Source: Desulfuromonadales bacterium
GTDB lineage: Bacteria; Desulfobacterota; Desulfuromonadia; Desulfuromonadales; UBA2294
Direction of reading: 5' to 3'
Length of the DNA: 55,223 nt
Assembly: GCA_014859615.1 (NCBI GenBank)
Contig: JACUTX010000001.1
Location: 1-55,223, forward strand
In this document: positions 28,455 through 38,032 of the stretch, one piece after another
Position numbering within the stretch: the stretch's first letter is position 1
Layout: every line of letters begins with the position of its first letter
Translations under genes and position numbers: made by a program
Notes under the pieces: model-generated
The model's input: only the letters and a program-made list of their open reading frames with translations
The model's database searches: none
Told to the model about the DNA's origin: nothing

Positions 28455-30128
28455 ATGAGTTCAGAAGAGTCGAGCACAGGGGCAAATTTCATCAAGACCC
28501 TGATCCAGGAAGATCTGGAGAGTGGCAAGCATAAGACGATCGTGACCCGGTTTCCACCCGAGCCGAACGGTTATCTGCATATCGGGCACGCCAAGGCGAT
28601 CTGCCTGAATTTCGGTCTGGCCAGCGATTTCAACGGGCGTTGTCATTTGCGCTTCGACGATACCAATCCGATCAAGGAAGAAGACGAGTATGTCAATGCA
28701 ATTCGTGAGGATGTCAGCTGGCTCGGATTTGATTGGGGCGAGCACCTTTACTACACGTCGAGTTATTTTGAGCAGCTCTACCGTTATGCTCTGCAGTTGA
28801 TTGAAAAAGGGAAAGCCTATGTCTGCAGCCTCACAACAGAGCAGATGCGTGAATACCGCGGGACTCTAACCGAGCCGGGACGTCTGAGCCCCTACCGTGA
28901 TCGGACAGTCGAAGAGAATCGTGATCTGTTCGGCCGGATGCGCGCCGGAGAGTTTCCGGATGGGACACATGTGTTGCGGGCGAAGATCGATATGGCTGCC
29001 GGCAATCTGAATCTGCGTGATCCGATCCTCTATCGGATTCTGCATGCGTCGCATCACCGGACCGGCGACGAGTGGTCTATCTATCCGATGTACGATTTTG
29101 CGCACGGTCAGTCTGATTCGATCGAAGCCGTCACCCACTCCATCTGTACTCTTGAATTTGAGGATCACAGACCGCTCTACGATTGGTTCATTCGTGAACT
29201 GGGGATCTTTGCTCCCCGGCAGATCGAATTTGCCCGTCTCAATCTCTCCTACACGGTGATGAGCAAGCGCAAATTGCTGCAACTGGTGCAGGAGAAATAT
29301 GTCAGCGGCTGGGACGATCCGCGCATGCCGACCTTGGTCGGGATGCGACGGCGCGGTTACCCGGCGGCAGCCATCCGCAAGTTTTGCGAACGGATCGGGG
29401 TTGGCAAGGGGGCGAGCTGGATCGATCTGGCGGTGCTTGAAGATTGTGTTCGCGAAGAGCTCAATGAGACGGCACCGCGGGCAATGGCGGTTATTCATCC
29501 GCTGAAAGTGGTGCTGACCAACTATCCACAAGAGCAGGTAGAAGAGTTGACCGCAGCTGTTCATCCGCAAAAGCCGGAGATGGGGAGTCGAACCATTTAT
29601 TTCAGCCGTCAGTTTTACATTGAGCGAGACGATTTCATGGAAGAGCCGTCGAAGAAATTCTTTCGCCTCGGTCCGGGGCGGGAGGTTCGCCTGCGCAATG
29701 CTTATATCATCCGCTGTGATGAGGTGGTCAAGAACGCGGCAGGCGAAATTATTGAACTGCAATGCAGCGCCGACCTCGCGACCCTCGGGGCCAATCCGAC
29801 CGACGGGCGCAAGGTTAAAGGGACGATTCACTGGGTCAGCGCTCCGCACGCTCTCTCTATTGAAATACTTCAGTACGATCGGCTGTTCTCCGTAGAAAAT
29901 CCCGACAAGGGGGAGGATTACCGGCAGAATCTCAATCCGGGCTCTCTGCAGAAGATTGAAAATGTCTATGCCGAGGCGAGTCTGGTTAATGCTCTCCCCG
30001 GGGTTCCCTATCAGTTTGAGCGGACCGGCTATTTTTGCGTTGATCCGGTCGATTCGTGCGGTAGCAAGCCGGTCTTTAACCGGATTGTCACCCTGCGTGA
30101 TTCCTGGGCCAAGGAACAGGGAAAATAG
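28455..30128 (+). CDS. glnS: Glutamine--tRNA ligase
   Basis: [33 protein letters not shown] (HIGH) and VMSKRKL (KMSKS variant), with a C-terminal anticodon-binding beta-barrel pattern. ATG 28455 is preferred over the TTG at 28434. Confidence 0.93.
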   Translation: MSSEESSTGANFIKTLIQEDLESGKHKTIVTRFPPEPNGYLHIGHAKAICLNFGLASDFNGRCHLRFDDTNPIKEEDEYVNAIREDVSWLGFDWGEHLYYTSSYFEQLYRYALQLIEKGKAYVCSLTTEQMREYRGTLTEPGRLSPYRDRTVEENRDLFGRMRAGEFPDGTHVLRAKIDMAAGNLNLRDPILYRILHASHHRTGDEWSIYPMYDFAHGQSDSIEAVTHSICTLEFEDHRPLYDWFIRELGIFAPRQIEFARLNLSYTVMSKRKLLQLVQEKYVSGWDDPRMPTLVGMRRRGYPAAAIRKFCERIGVGKGASWIDLAVLEDCVREELNETAPRAMAVIHPLKVVLTNYPQEQVEELTAAVHPQKPEMGSRTIYFSRQFYIERDDFMEEPSKKFFRLGPGREVRLRNAYIIRCDEVVKNAAGEIIELQCSADLATLGANPTDGRKVKGTIHWVSAPHALSIEILQYDRLFSVENPDKGEDYRQNLNPGSLQKIENVYAEASLVNALPGVPYQFERTGYFCVDPVDSCGSKPVFNRIVTLRDSWAKEQGK

Positions 30129-30300
30129 TTGTATCGGCCCTTCCACAACCGCATACGGTCGAACGCGATTGCCTGCGGCCAAAATCCCCCTTTTTCGCAG
30201 CAGCACTCCCCATGCAGTGCAAACCGGGGAGGGTGCTGAGTAATCAGAAAGAATAATACGGGAGGGAATATTTTGCTGGAGGGGGTGAGATGATTCTGTT

Positions 30301-32187
30301 ATGCGCAAAGAGACCTTCAATATTCTGCTGGTCGAAGGGGTGGATGGACGGCACGCGGAGCTCGCGAACTATCTGCGCTGCGACGGCTACCAGGTCGAAC
30401 GTCTGACCAATTATGCACTGCACCCTTTTGCACAGCACAAAAACAACCCGCAACTGATTCTGCTTGATCTCGCGGTGCTGGCGGGTTCGTCGCTGCAGGA
30501 TCAATTCAGCGCCCTTTCACGACTGACCGGAAAGGCTAAAATTCCGGTCGTTATTCTCGCCCCTGATGCCACTTTTGAATTTGAGCTGCTCGATGTCTAC
30601 GATTACCTCTCTGAGCCGATCGACCTTTTTCGATTAGAGGCTGACATTGAAAGAGTGATCTCTTCACCGCCGATCCAGCCTGGTCTGATCACCCCCGGCG
30701 AGGCGGATCTGGAGCTGTTTCGTACCTTTATTGATCAACACTCCGGGCTGCATTTTTCGCAGCGCAACTCCCGCATTCTGCATCAAGGGCTGCATCGACG
30801 AATGTGCGCAGTCGGGGTCGAAAACTTTTCCGCCTACTACGATTACCTGCTGCGCTACTCTGAAAGTCGCAATGAACTGAAAAAATTGCTCACTTTGTTG
30901 ACGGTTGGTGAAACCAGTTTTTTTCGCTACAGTAACCAGCGCGAAGCCTTTGTTAAACATCTGATCCCCGATTTGATCAAGCAACGGCGCCACACCCGCA
31001 GTCTGAGAATCTGGTCGGCAGGGTGTTCAACCGGCGAAGAGCCGTACGGTGTTGCCATTCTTCTGGCCGAGCAGTTTCCTCAGCTTGCTGGCTGGAAGAT
31101 CGAGATTCTGGCGACGGACATCAATAAACGCTCACTGCGCGTTGCACGCGAAGGGATTTACGGTAAACGGGCGGTACGATTAGTCGAAAAAAACTATCTG
31201 GAAAAATATTTTAAACAGGTTGGTGATTTATCTGTGGTCAATCCAGAGATCAAGCGCCGTGTCCGTTTTGAGTATCTGAATCTCAAGGACGACCTGTTTC
31301 CGTCGCGAGCAGATAAAGGGGGTGGAATTGACCTTGTTTTCTGCCGTAATGTGATGATCTATTTTGAGACGGAGACGATGCGGCAGATCGTCGACCGGTT
31401 TGCCGACTGTCTCAATCCGGGCGGTTATCTGCTGCTCGGACATTCCGAAACCTTGCAGAATATCAGTGAACGGTTCAAGCGTCAGCAGTATGAGCGTGCT
31501 TTTCTTTACCAGTTGCCGCCGGAGAGGGATGCACAAAAAGAGACAGCGGTCTCTCGGACGTCTTCTGCTTCTGTCCCCCTTGTAAAAGAGCGCGAAAAAG
31601 CCGATCAACGCCGGGACCTTCCAGAGAAAAAGGCGGCAAACTCCCCCCTCGACCCGATCAGGGCGATGTCTCAGAAAAAAGATTTTGCCGAGCAACTGTA
31701 CCAAGAGGCCAAAAGAGCTTTTAATCATGAGGAGTTTGCCGCAGCGGAAGAGGCCTACTCCTCGGTTCTCAAGCTTTTTCCGGAGCATCTCGGAGCGTTG
31801 ATCGGCAAAGGTCTCAGCAGTGCCAACTGTAAAGAGTACGATGCCGCCCGTGAGCTGTGCGACCAGGCGGAAAAAGTAGATGATCTCTGCCCCGACCTCT
31901 ATTTTATTCGCGGGATGATTTCCGACATGGAGTCGAAGCCAGCCGAAGCTGTTGTCCAGTACCAGAAGGTTCTCTGGCTCGACCCCTGCTTCATTGTCGC
32001 TCACTACGCTCTGTCGCGTCTTTATCGACAGGGGGGGGATCTGTCTTCCGCCCGACGGGCACTGCTCAATACGATTCGTTGTCTGGAAAAAATGTCCCCT
32101 TCGACCCGGGTTCACTTTTCCGGCGGGATGACCCGCGAGGTTTTTCTGGAGCTCTGTCGCAACGATCTCGACACTTTTGCCGATTAG
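30301..32187 (+). CDS. cheR: CheR-type MCP methyltransferase with N-terminal degenerate receiver-like domain and C-terminal TPR domain (FrzF-like)
   Basis: 628 aa. The core has ETSFFR, IWSAGCSTGEEPY, ATDIN and FCRNVMIYF (CheR SAM-binding signature). The ~120 N-terminal aa have a CheY-like beta/alpha pattern. The ~140 C-terminal aa are TPR-like repeats. Confidence 0.85.
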   Translation: MRKETFNILLVEGVDGRHAELANYLRCDGYQVERLTNYALHPFAQHKNNPQLILLDLAVLAGSSLQDQFSALSRLTGKAKIPVVILAPDATFEFELLDVYDYLSEPIDLFRLEADIERVISSPPIQPGLITPGEADLELFRTFIDQHSGLHFSQRNSRILHQGLHRRMCAVGVENFSAYYDYLLRYSESRNELKKLLTLLTVGETSFFRYSNQREAFVKHLIPDLIKQRRHTRSLRIWSAGCSTGEEPYGVAILLAEQFPQLAGWKIEILATDINKRSLRVAREGIYGKRAVRLVEKNYLEKYFKQVGDLSVVNPEIKRRVRFEYLNLKDDLFPSRADKGGGIDLVFCRNVMIYFETETMRQIVDRFADCLNPGGYLLLGHSETLQNISERFKRQQYERAFLYQLPPERDAQKETAVSRTSSASVPLVKEREKADQRRDLPEKKAANSPLDPIRAMSQKKDFAEQLYQEAKRAFNHEEFAAAEEAYSSVLKLFPEHLGALIGKGLSSANCKEYDAARELCDQAEKVDDLCPDLYFIRGMISDMESKPAEAVVQYQKVLWLDPCFIVAHYALSRLYRQGGDLSSARRALLNTIRCLEKMSPSTRVHFSGGMTREVFLELCRNDLDTFAD

Positions 32188-32434
32188 AGTTTCACAAATA
32201 ACCGGAAAATTTATTAACTCCTGTTTTGTTCTCCTTTTATTTTTAAATAATCGAGCTGGTGTTGTTGAGCTGAAAACAGATCAATATGCTGAAAGATTTG
32301 ATATTTTTCATTTGACTATAAATAGAACAGTGTTTAGTTTTAAGGTATAATTATTTTATGGATTTTTGCAAAGGAGGTTGCGGGGGCGCTTCCTGTATGG
32401 TCTTTCGGCGCAAATGCCTAAAAGGGAGGCGCAA

Positions 32435-32815
32435 ATGAAAAAGAAAACATGTCTTGTCGTTGATGATAGTCCGCTGGTTCTGGCTATGGTTACCGACGCT
32501 TTGGAGGCGGCCGGTTTCGATGTTGTTGCCACCGATTTCGGAATCGAAGCCAACCAGATCATCTACCGTACTCCTCCACCGGATATTATCCTGCTCGATG
32601 TGATGATGCCGCTGCTCAGCGGTGATCAAAAAGTGAAACTGATCAAGGAGCGGGAACGGAGTAAAAATATCCCGATTCTGTTGATCTCCTCCAAGGAGAA
32701 GGGTGAACTCGAAGAGTTAACCCGAACATCGGGTGCAAACGGCTACATTCAAAAGCCGTTTGATGCGGCAACACTGGTGCGCGCTGTACAGGCCGCTCTG
32801 GATAAGCAGGGATGA
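32435..32815 (+). CDS. cheY: CheY-like single-domain response regulator
   Basis: ATG 32435 after AAAGGGAGG. MKKKTCLVVDDSPLV..IILLDVMMP..ILLISS..GYIQKPF carries all canonical REC residues (DD, D, S, K). Confidence 0.87.
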   Translation: MKKKTCLVVDDSPLVLAMVTDALEAAGFDVVATDFGIEANQIIYRTPPPDIILLDVMMPLLSGDQKVKLIKERERSKNIPILLISSKEKGELEELTRTSGANGYIQKPFDAATLVRAVQAALDKQG

Positions 32816-33378
32816 CTATGGAATCAGGGCGCGACAGTTACGATATCAAACAAATTCTTAACGAGATGCGCAGTGAATACTGGCAGGCTCTGGAAGAGGT
32901 CGAGGTCGACCAGTCGACCGAGACGGCGGAGTATGTTCTGGTTCGAATTCATAGCGATCTGTTTGCTCTGGAAGTACAGAGCTGCCGTGAGGTTTTACGT
33001 CTGCCGCGGATTGTAAAAGTCCCCCGGGCTGGCAAGCAGATCCTCGGCATCATTAATATCCGCGGTGAAATTATTGCTGTGACCGATTTGCGACCAGCTC
33101 TCGATTATCCTGCGCATTTACAGCAGGAGAAGACCCGGTTGGTGGTCGTGCGGGCGGCCGGGCTGACGACTGCTCTGCTGGTTGATCGGGTAGAGGGGAT
33201 AGTGAGATTCGATGCCGGGGCGATCGAAACCTTGACTGACGGTTTAAGTGGTGCGCGGCGGGATATGGTGGGCGGGCAGATCGTCTATAAAGAAGAGATG
33301 GTTGTTCTGCTCGATCTGGAAAAGATGTTTGGCAGTCAGGAGTTTGTTATCGACCAGAAAGAGGAACAATCCTTTTAG
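32812..33378 (+). CDS. cheW: Chemotaxis coupling protein CheW
   Basis: 188 aa with a CheW-like pattern ([53 protein letters not shown]). ATGA overlap with cheY. Confidence 0.87.
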   Translation: MTMESGRDSYDIKQILNEMRSEYWQALEEVEVDQSTETAEYVLVRIHSDLFALEVQSCREVLRLPRIVKVPRAGKQILGIINIRGEIIAVTDLRPALDYPAHLQQEKTRLVVVRAAGLTTALLVDRVEGIVRFDAGAIETLTDGLSGARRDMVGGQIVYKEEMVVLLDLEKMFGSQEFVIDQKEEQSF

Positions 33379-33413
33379 TCTCTCCCCGGTCATACCGTTA
33401 CCAAAAGCGATGT

Positions 33414-35260
33414 GAGGTAGTTATGTTTGATCTGATCAAGAATCGCATCACCGCAAAGATCGTTGTATCGCTGGTTGTGATCCTGGCGGTAATCATGTCG
33501 ATATCGACGGTTGTTCTGGTGGAACGCCGGGCCAGCGTACTGCGGGAGCAGTTGCTGGTCAAAGCGAAAGGGCTGGCGCTGCTCGGAGCCCAGACCATGA
33601 GCCTGGTGCTGGAGAATGCCCTCGCCGCCGGTCAATTCAGCGAAGCAGAGCTGTTTGACACCGATTATCAAAAGATCGAGAGCGGCGAACTGGCCGGCTC
33701 TGCGATCCCGAAATATTCGACCCCCTACGACCGCTATCTCGATAACCGGATCACAACGTTTCAGGATTCGATCCTGAATGAAGATCCGATGGTGGTCTTC
33801 GCCGTACTGGTTGATCGCAACGGCTACCTGCCGACGCACAACAGCAGGTACAGTCAGCCGCTGACCGGCGACTCCGAAAAAGATAAAAATGACAACCGGA
33901 CCAAGCGGATCTTCAATGATCCGGTCGGCCTCAAAGCCGCCCAATTCACCGGCGACGACAAAAACAACTATCTGCATCAGGAGTATCCCCGCGATACCGG
34001 TGAGATGATGTGGGATGTTTCCGCCCCGGTCAATGTCAACGGCCAGCACTGGGGTGGATTCCGTATCGGCTTCTCCATGCAGCAGACCGAAGCCGCGATC
34101 GCCGATCTGCGCAGCGATGTGCTCTGGATGATGGGTCTGTTTCTGATTGTGGCCGTACTGACCATATCGGTGATTGTCAGTCTGCTGCTCAAACCGCTGC
34201 GGCGGGTGACAGCCGCCGCCAATCGACTCGCCGACGGCAGCCTGGATGAGACGATCGACCAGATCGGCAGTGACGAAGTCGGCCAGCTGGCTGTGGCCTT
34301 CAACCGGATGTCACAGGTGATCGTCGGTAATCTGCGCGAACAGATCGGCAAGAGCGACCAGATGGTCCTCAGCGTCCGCGAAGCGATCCGGCAACTCTCG
34401 GGGAGTGCCAGCGGGATCATGGCGATCGCCGCCCAACAATCTTCCGGCTCGACCGAGCAGGCGACGGCGGTCCAGCAGGCGACCACCACTTCCGAAGAGA
34501 TAGCCGTTACGGCCCGACAGGTGGCAGAGAATTCAGAACGGGTCGAAGCGATGGCCCAGACCGCCGGAGCGGCCAGCGTCAGCGGCAAGGAAGCGGTCGG
34601 CGATGCTATCTCAGGGATGTTGTCCCTGCGCGAGCAGGTTCAATCGATCGCCGAAGCGATGCTGGAGCTGGGCGAAGACTCACAAAAGATCGGCGGCATC
34701 GTTGATATTATCGACGAGATCTCCGACCAGACCAACCTGCTGTCGCTGAATGCGGCGATCGAAGCGGCCGGGGCCGGTGAAGCCGGGAAGCGGTTTTCTG
34801 TCGTTGCCAATGAAGTCAAACGGCTGGCGGAGCGGACGGTCGATGCGACCGGACAGATCAAGGCGTTGATCGGACAGATTCAGAAAGCGACCAATGCGAC
34901 GATCATGCTGACCGAAGACGGCACCAAAGGGGTCGATGCGGCGAGTGAGCTGGTCACCCGGGTCTCGATCGAACTCGACAACATCAACCGCTCCGTCGGC
35001 GAGACGCAGGCCGCTGCCGGTGAGATTAAACTGAGTACGCAACAGCAGACGACCGCAAGCGAGCAGATGGTCGAAACGATCGCCGAAGTGCGCGACGTGG
35101 CGATGCAGGTCGCTGAGAGCGCCCATGAGACGACGCAGGCGATCGGCGAACTGACCAGCCTCGCCGAGCGGCTCAAGGTGATGGTTGAAGACGATCTGCA
35201 GGCAAAAGGGAAAACCCAGACCCTGGCGGGGGCAAAGCTTCTGGAAACAGTGCTCAATGA
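33414..35260 (+). repeat. Tandem direct repeat unit A (1,847 bp, 100% identical to 35715-37561)
   Basis: Line-by-line comparison of the two stretches (offset 2,301 bp) shows no mismatch from the RBS GAGGTAG to codon 612. The first mismatch is at 35261 (C) versus 37562 (T). Confidence 0.93.
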
Positions 35261-35696
35261 CGCCCTGAACAGCGGCACCTTCAGCCTTGATCAGCTGTTT
35301 GACGAGAATTATGTGCCGATCCCGCACACCGATCCACAGAAATATCACACGGTTTATGATCGCTATCTCGATGAGCGGATCACCGGTATCCTCGACGGTT
35401 TTCTCGATAACAAGATGGTCGCCTATGCGGTGTTGGCGGATCGCAACGGTTATGTCCCGACCCACAACAGCAAATACAGCCACCCCTCGACCGGCAATTA
35501 CGAGATCGATGTTGCGCAAAGCAGGCAGAAGCGGATCTTTGATCATGAGGTCGGTATCAAGGCGGCGCGCAACACCGGTGATGTCCTGATGCAGGTTTAT
35601 GAACGGGATACGGGCGAGAAGATGTGGGATATATCAGCTCCGGTCACCGTTCAGGGGAGACACTGGGGCGGGTTTCGTATCGGTTATTACATGTAG
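33423..35696 (+). CDS. Methyl-accepting chemotaxis protein, copy 1 (TM - periplasmic sensor - TM - HAMP - signalling domain - C-terminal second sensor module)
   Basis: 757 aa. TM1 aa 12-33, periplasmic module aa ~52-219, TM2 aa ~234-256. HAMP ([34 protein letters not shown]). Signalling hairpin tip [38 protein letters not shown]. The C-terminal 157 aa are homologous to the periplasmic module. Confidence 0.87.
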   Translation: MFDLIKNRITAKIVVSLVVILAVIMSISTVVLVERRASVLREQLLVKAKGLALLGAQTMSLVLENALAAGQFSEAELFDTDYQKIESGELAGSAIPKYSTPYDRYLDNRITTFQDSILNEDPMVVFAVLVDRNGYLPTHNSRYSQPLTGDSEKDKNDNRTKRIFNDPVGLKAAQFTGDDKNNYLHQEYPRDTGEMMWDVSAPVNVNGQHWGGFRIGFSMQQTEAAIADLRSDVLWMMGLFLIVAVLTISVIVSLLLKPLRRVTAAANRLADGSLDETIDQIGSDEVGQLAVAFNRMSQVIVGNLREQIGKSDQMVLSVREAIRQLSGSASGIMAIAAQQSSGSTEQATAVQQATTTSEEIAVTARQVAENSERVEAMAQTAGAASVSGKEAVGDAISGMLSLREQVQSIAEAMLELGEDSQKIGGIVDIIDEISDQTNLLSLNAAIEAAGAGEAGKRFSVVANEVKRLAERTVDATGQIKALIGQIQKATNATIMLTEDGTKGVDAASELVTRVSIELDNINRSVGETQAAAGEIKLSTQQQTTASEQMVETIAEVRDVAMQVAESAHETTQAIGELTSLAERLKVMVEDDLQAKGKTQTLAGAKLLETVLNDALNSGTFSLDQLFDENYVPIPHTDPQKYHTVYDRYLDERITGILDGFLDNKMVAYAVLADRNGYVPTHNSKYSHPSTGNYEIDVAQSRQKRIFDHEVGIKAARNTGDVLMQVYERDTGEKMWDISAPVTVQGRHWGGFRIGYYM

Positions 35697-35714
35697 GGAT
35701 CAGCTTTTGAAAAA

Positions 35715-37561
35715 GAGGTAGTTATGTTTGATCTGATCAAGAATCGCATCACCGCAAAGATCGTTGTATCGCTGGTTGTGATCCTGGCGGTAATCATGTC
35801 GATATCGACGGTTGTTCTGGTGGAACGCCGGGCCAGCGTACTGCGGGAGCAGTTGCTGGTCAAAGCGAAAGGGCTGGCGCTGCTCGGAGCCCAGACCATG
35901 AGCCTGGTGCTGGAGAATGCCCTCGCCGCCGGTCAATTCAGCGAAGCAGAGCTGTTTGACACCGATTATCAAAAGATCGAGAGCGGCGAACTGGCCGGCT
36001 CTGCGATCCCGAAATATTCGACCCCCTACGACCGCTATCTCGATAACCGGATCACAACGTTTCAGGATTCGATCCTGAATGAAGATCCGATGGTGGTCTT
36101 CGCCGTACTGGTTGATCGCAACGGCTACCTGCCGACGCACAACAGCAGGTACAGTCAGCCGCTGACCGGCGACTCCGAAAAAGATAAAAATGACAACCGG
36201 ACCAAGCGGATCTTCAATGATCCGGTCGGCCTCAAAGCCGCCCAATTCACCGGCGACGACAAAAACAACTATCTGCATCAGGAGTATCCCCGCGATACCG
36301 GTGAGATGATGTGGGATGTTTCCGCCCCGGTCAATGTCAACGGCCAGCACTGGGGTGGATTCCGTATCGGCTTCTCCATGCAGCAGACCGAAGCCGCGAT
36401 CGCCGATCTGCGCAGCGATGTGCTCTGGATGATGGGTCTGTTTCTGATTGTGGCCGTACTGACCATATCGGTGATTGTCAGTCTGCTGCTCAAACCGCTG
36501 CGGCGGGTGACAGCCGCCGCCAATCGACTCGCCGACGGCAGCCTGGATGAGACGATCGACCAGATCGGCAGTGACGAAGTCGGCCAGCTGGCTGTGGCCT
36601 TCAACCGGATGTCACAGGTGATCGTCGGTAATCTGCGCGAACAGATCGGCAAGAGCGACCAGATGGTCCTCAGCGTCCGCGAAGCGATCCGGCAACTCTC
36701 GGGGAGTGCCAGCGGGATCATGGCGATCGCCGCCCAACAATCTTCCGGCTCGACCGAGCAGGCGACGGCGGTCCAGCAGGCGACCACCACTTCCGAAGAG
36801 ATAGCCGTTACGGCCCGACAGGTGGCAGAGAATTCAGAACGGGTCGAAGCGATGGCCCAGACCGCCGGAGCGGCCAGCGTCAGCGGCAAGGAAGCGGTCG
36901 GCGATGCTATCTCAGGGATGTTGTCCCTGCGCGAGCAGGTTCAATCGATCGCCGAAGCGATGCTGGAGCTGGGCGAAGACTCACAAAAGATCGGCGGCAT
37001 CGTTGATATTATCGACGAGATCTCCGACCAGACCAACCTGCTGTCGCTGAATGCGGCGATCGAAGCGGCCGGGGCCGGTGAAGCCGGGAAGCGGTTTTCT
37101 GTCGTTGCCAATGAAGTCAAACGGCTGGCGGAGCGGACGGTCGATGCGACCGGACAGATCAAGGCGTTGATCGGACAGATTCAGAAAGCGACCAATGCGA
37201 CGATCATGCTGACCGAAGACGGCACCAAAGGGGTCGATGCGGCGAGTGAGCTGGTCACCCGGGTCTCGATCGAACTCGACAACATCAACCGCTCCGTCGG
37301 CGAGACGCAGGCCGCTGCCGGTGAGATTAAACTGAGTACGCAACAGCAGACGACCGCAAGCGAGCAGATGGTCGAAACGATCGCCGAAGTGCGCGACGTG
37401 GCGATGCAGGTCGCTGAGAGCGCCCATGAGACGACGCAGGCGATCGGCGAACTGACCAGCCTCGCCGAGCGGCTCAAGGTGATGGTTGAAGACGATCTGC
37501 AGGCAAAAGGGAAAACCCAGACCCTGGCGGGGGCAAAGCTTCTGGAAACAGTGCTCAATGA
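35715..37561 (+). repeat. Tandem direct repeat unit B (1,847 bp, 100% identical to 33414-35260)
   Basis: Same comparison as unit A. The identical antisense and alternative-frame ORFs in the track confirm nucleotide-level identity. Confidence 0.93.
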
Positions 37562-38024
37562 TGCCCTGAACCGCGGCACCTTCAGCCTCGATCAGTTGTT
37601 TGACGAGAATTACGTGCCGATCCCGCACACCGATCCACAGAAATATCACACGGTTTACGATCGCTATCTCGATGAGCGGATCACCGGTATCCTCGACGGT
37701 TTTCTCGCTGATCCGATGGCGGTCTTCGCCGTACTGGTCGACCGTAACGGCTATCTGCCGACTCACAACAGCAAGTACAGCCAGCCGTTGACCGGTAATC
37801 TGGATCACGATCGAGACTGGAATCGGGGCAAACGGCTCTTCAACGATCCGGTCGGGATCAAGGCGGCGCGCAACACCGGTGATGTTCTGCTGCAGGTTTA
37901 TGAACGGGATACGGGCGAGAAGATGTTGGATATATCAGCACCGGTCGTCGTACAGGGGAGACATTGGGGCGGGTTCCGTATCGGCTATTGTCTGGATGAA
38001 TCCACTGTAACGAAAAAAAGCTAG
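35724..38024 (+). CDS. Methyl-accepting chemotaxis protein, copy 2 (same architecture, diverged C-terminal module)
   Basis: 766 aa. The first 612 aa are identical to copy 1. The C-terminal module differs (..[50 protein letters not shown]..) and has a short extra tail. Confidence 0.87.
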   Translation: MFDLIKNRITAKIVVSLVVILAVIMSISTVVLVERRASVLREQLLVKAKGLALLGAQTMSLVLENALAAGQFSEAELFDTDYQKIESGELAGSAIPKYSTPYDRYLDNRITTFQDSILNEDPMVVFAVLVDRNGYLPTHNSRYSQPLTGDSEKDKNDNRTKRIFNDPVGLKAAQFTGDDKNNYLHQEYPRDTGEMMWDVSAPVNVNGQHWGGFRIGFSMQQTEAAIADLRSDVLWMMGLFLIVAVLTISVIVSLLLKPLRRVTAAANRLADGSLDETIDQIGSDEVGQLAVAFNRMSQVIVGNLREQIGKSDQMVLSVREAIRQLSGSASGIMAIAAQQSSGSTEQATAVQQATTTSEEIAVTARQVAENSERVEAMAQTAGAASVSGKEAVGDAISGMLSLREQVQSIAEAMLELGEDSQKIGGIVDIIDEISDQTNLLSLNAAIEAAGAGEAGKRFSVVANEVKRLAERTVDATGQIKALIGQIQKATNATIMLTEDGTKGVDAASELVTRVSIELDNINRSVGETQAAAGEIKLSTQQQTTASEQMVETIAEVRDVAMQVAESAHETTQAIGELTSLAERLKVMVEDDLQAKGKTQTLAGAKLLETVLNDALNRGTFSLDQLFDENYVPIPHTDPQKYHTVYDRYLDERITGILDGFLADPMAVFAVLVDRNGYLPTHNSKYSQPLTGNLDHDRDWNRGKRLFNDPVGIKAARNTGDVLLQVYERDTGEKMLDISAPVVVQGRHWGGFRIGYCLDESTVTKKS

Positions 38025-38032
38025 GGGACGCC

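Noticed and set aside
33390-34049. Duplicated reverse-strand ORFs (219 aa at 33390-34049 and 216 aa at 35700-36350), plus other duplicated alternative-frame ORFs inside the MCP genes.
   Set aside because: They are duplicated only because the underlying DNA is duplicated. They lie antisense to MCP coding sequence that has clear TM/HAMP/signalling motifs. They were used only as confirmation of nucleotide identity.
33414-37561. Whether the 1.85-kb perfect repeat is a mobile element or IS-mediated duplication.
   Set aside because: There are no transposase or integrase genes, terminal inverted repeats or target-site duplications. The repeat boundaries are the RBS and a mid-gene position, consistent with tandem gene duplication or conversion rather than a mobile element.
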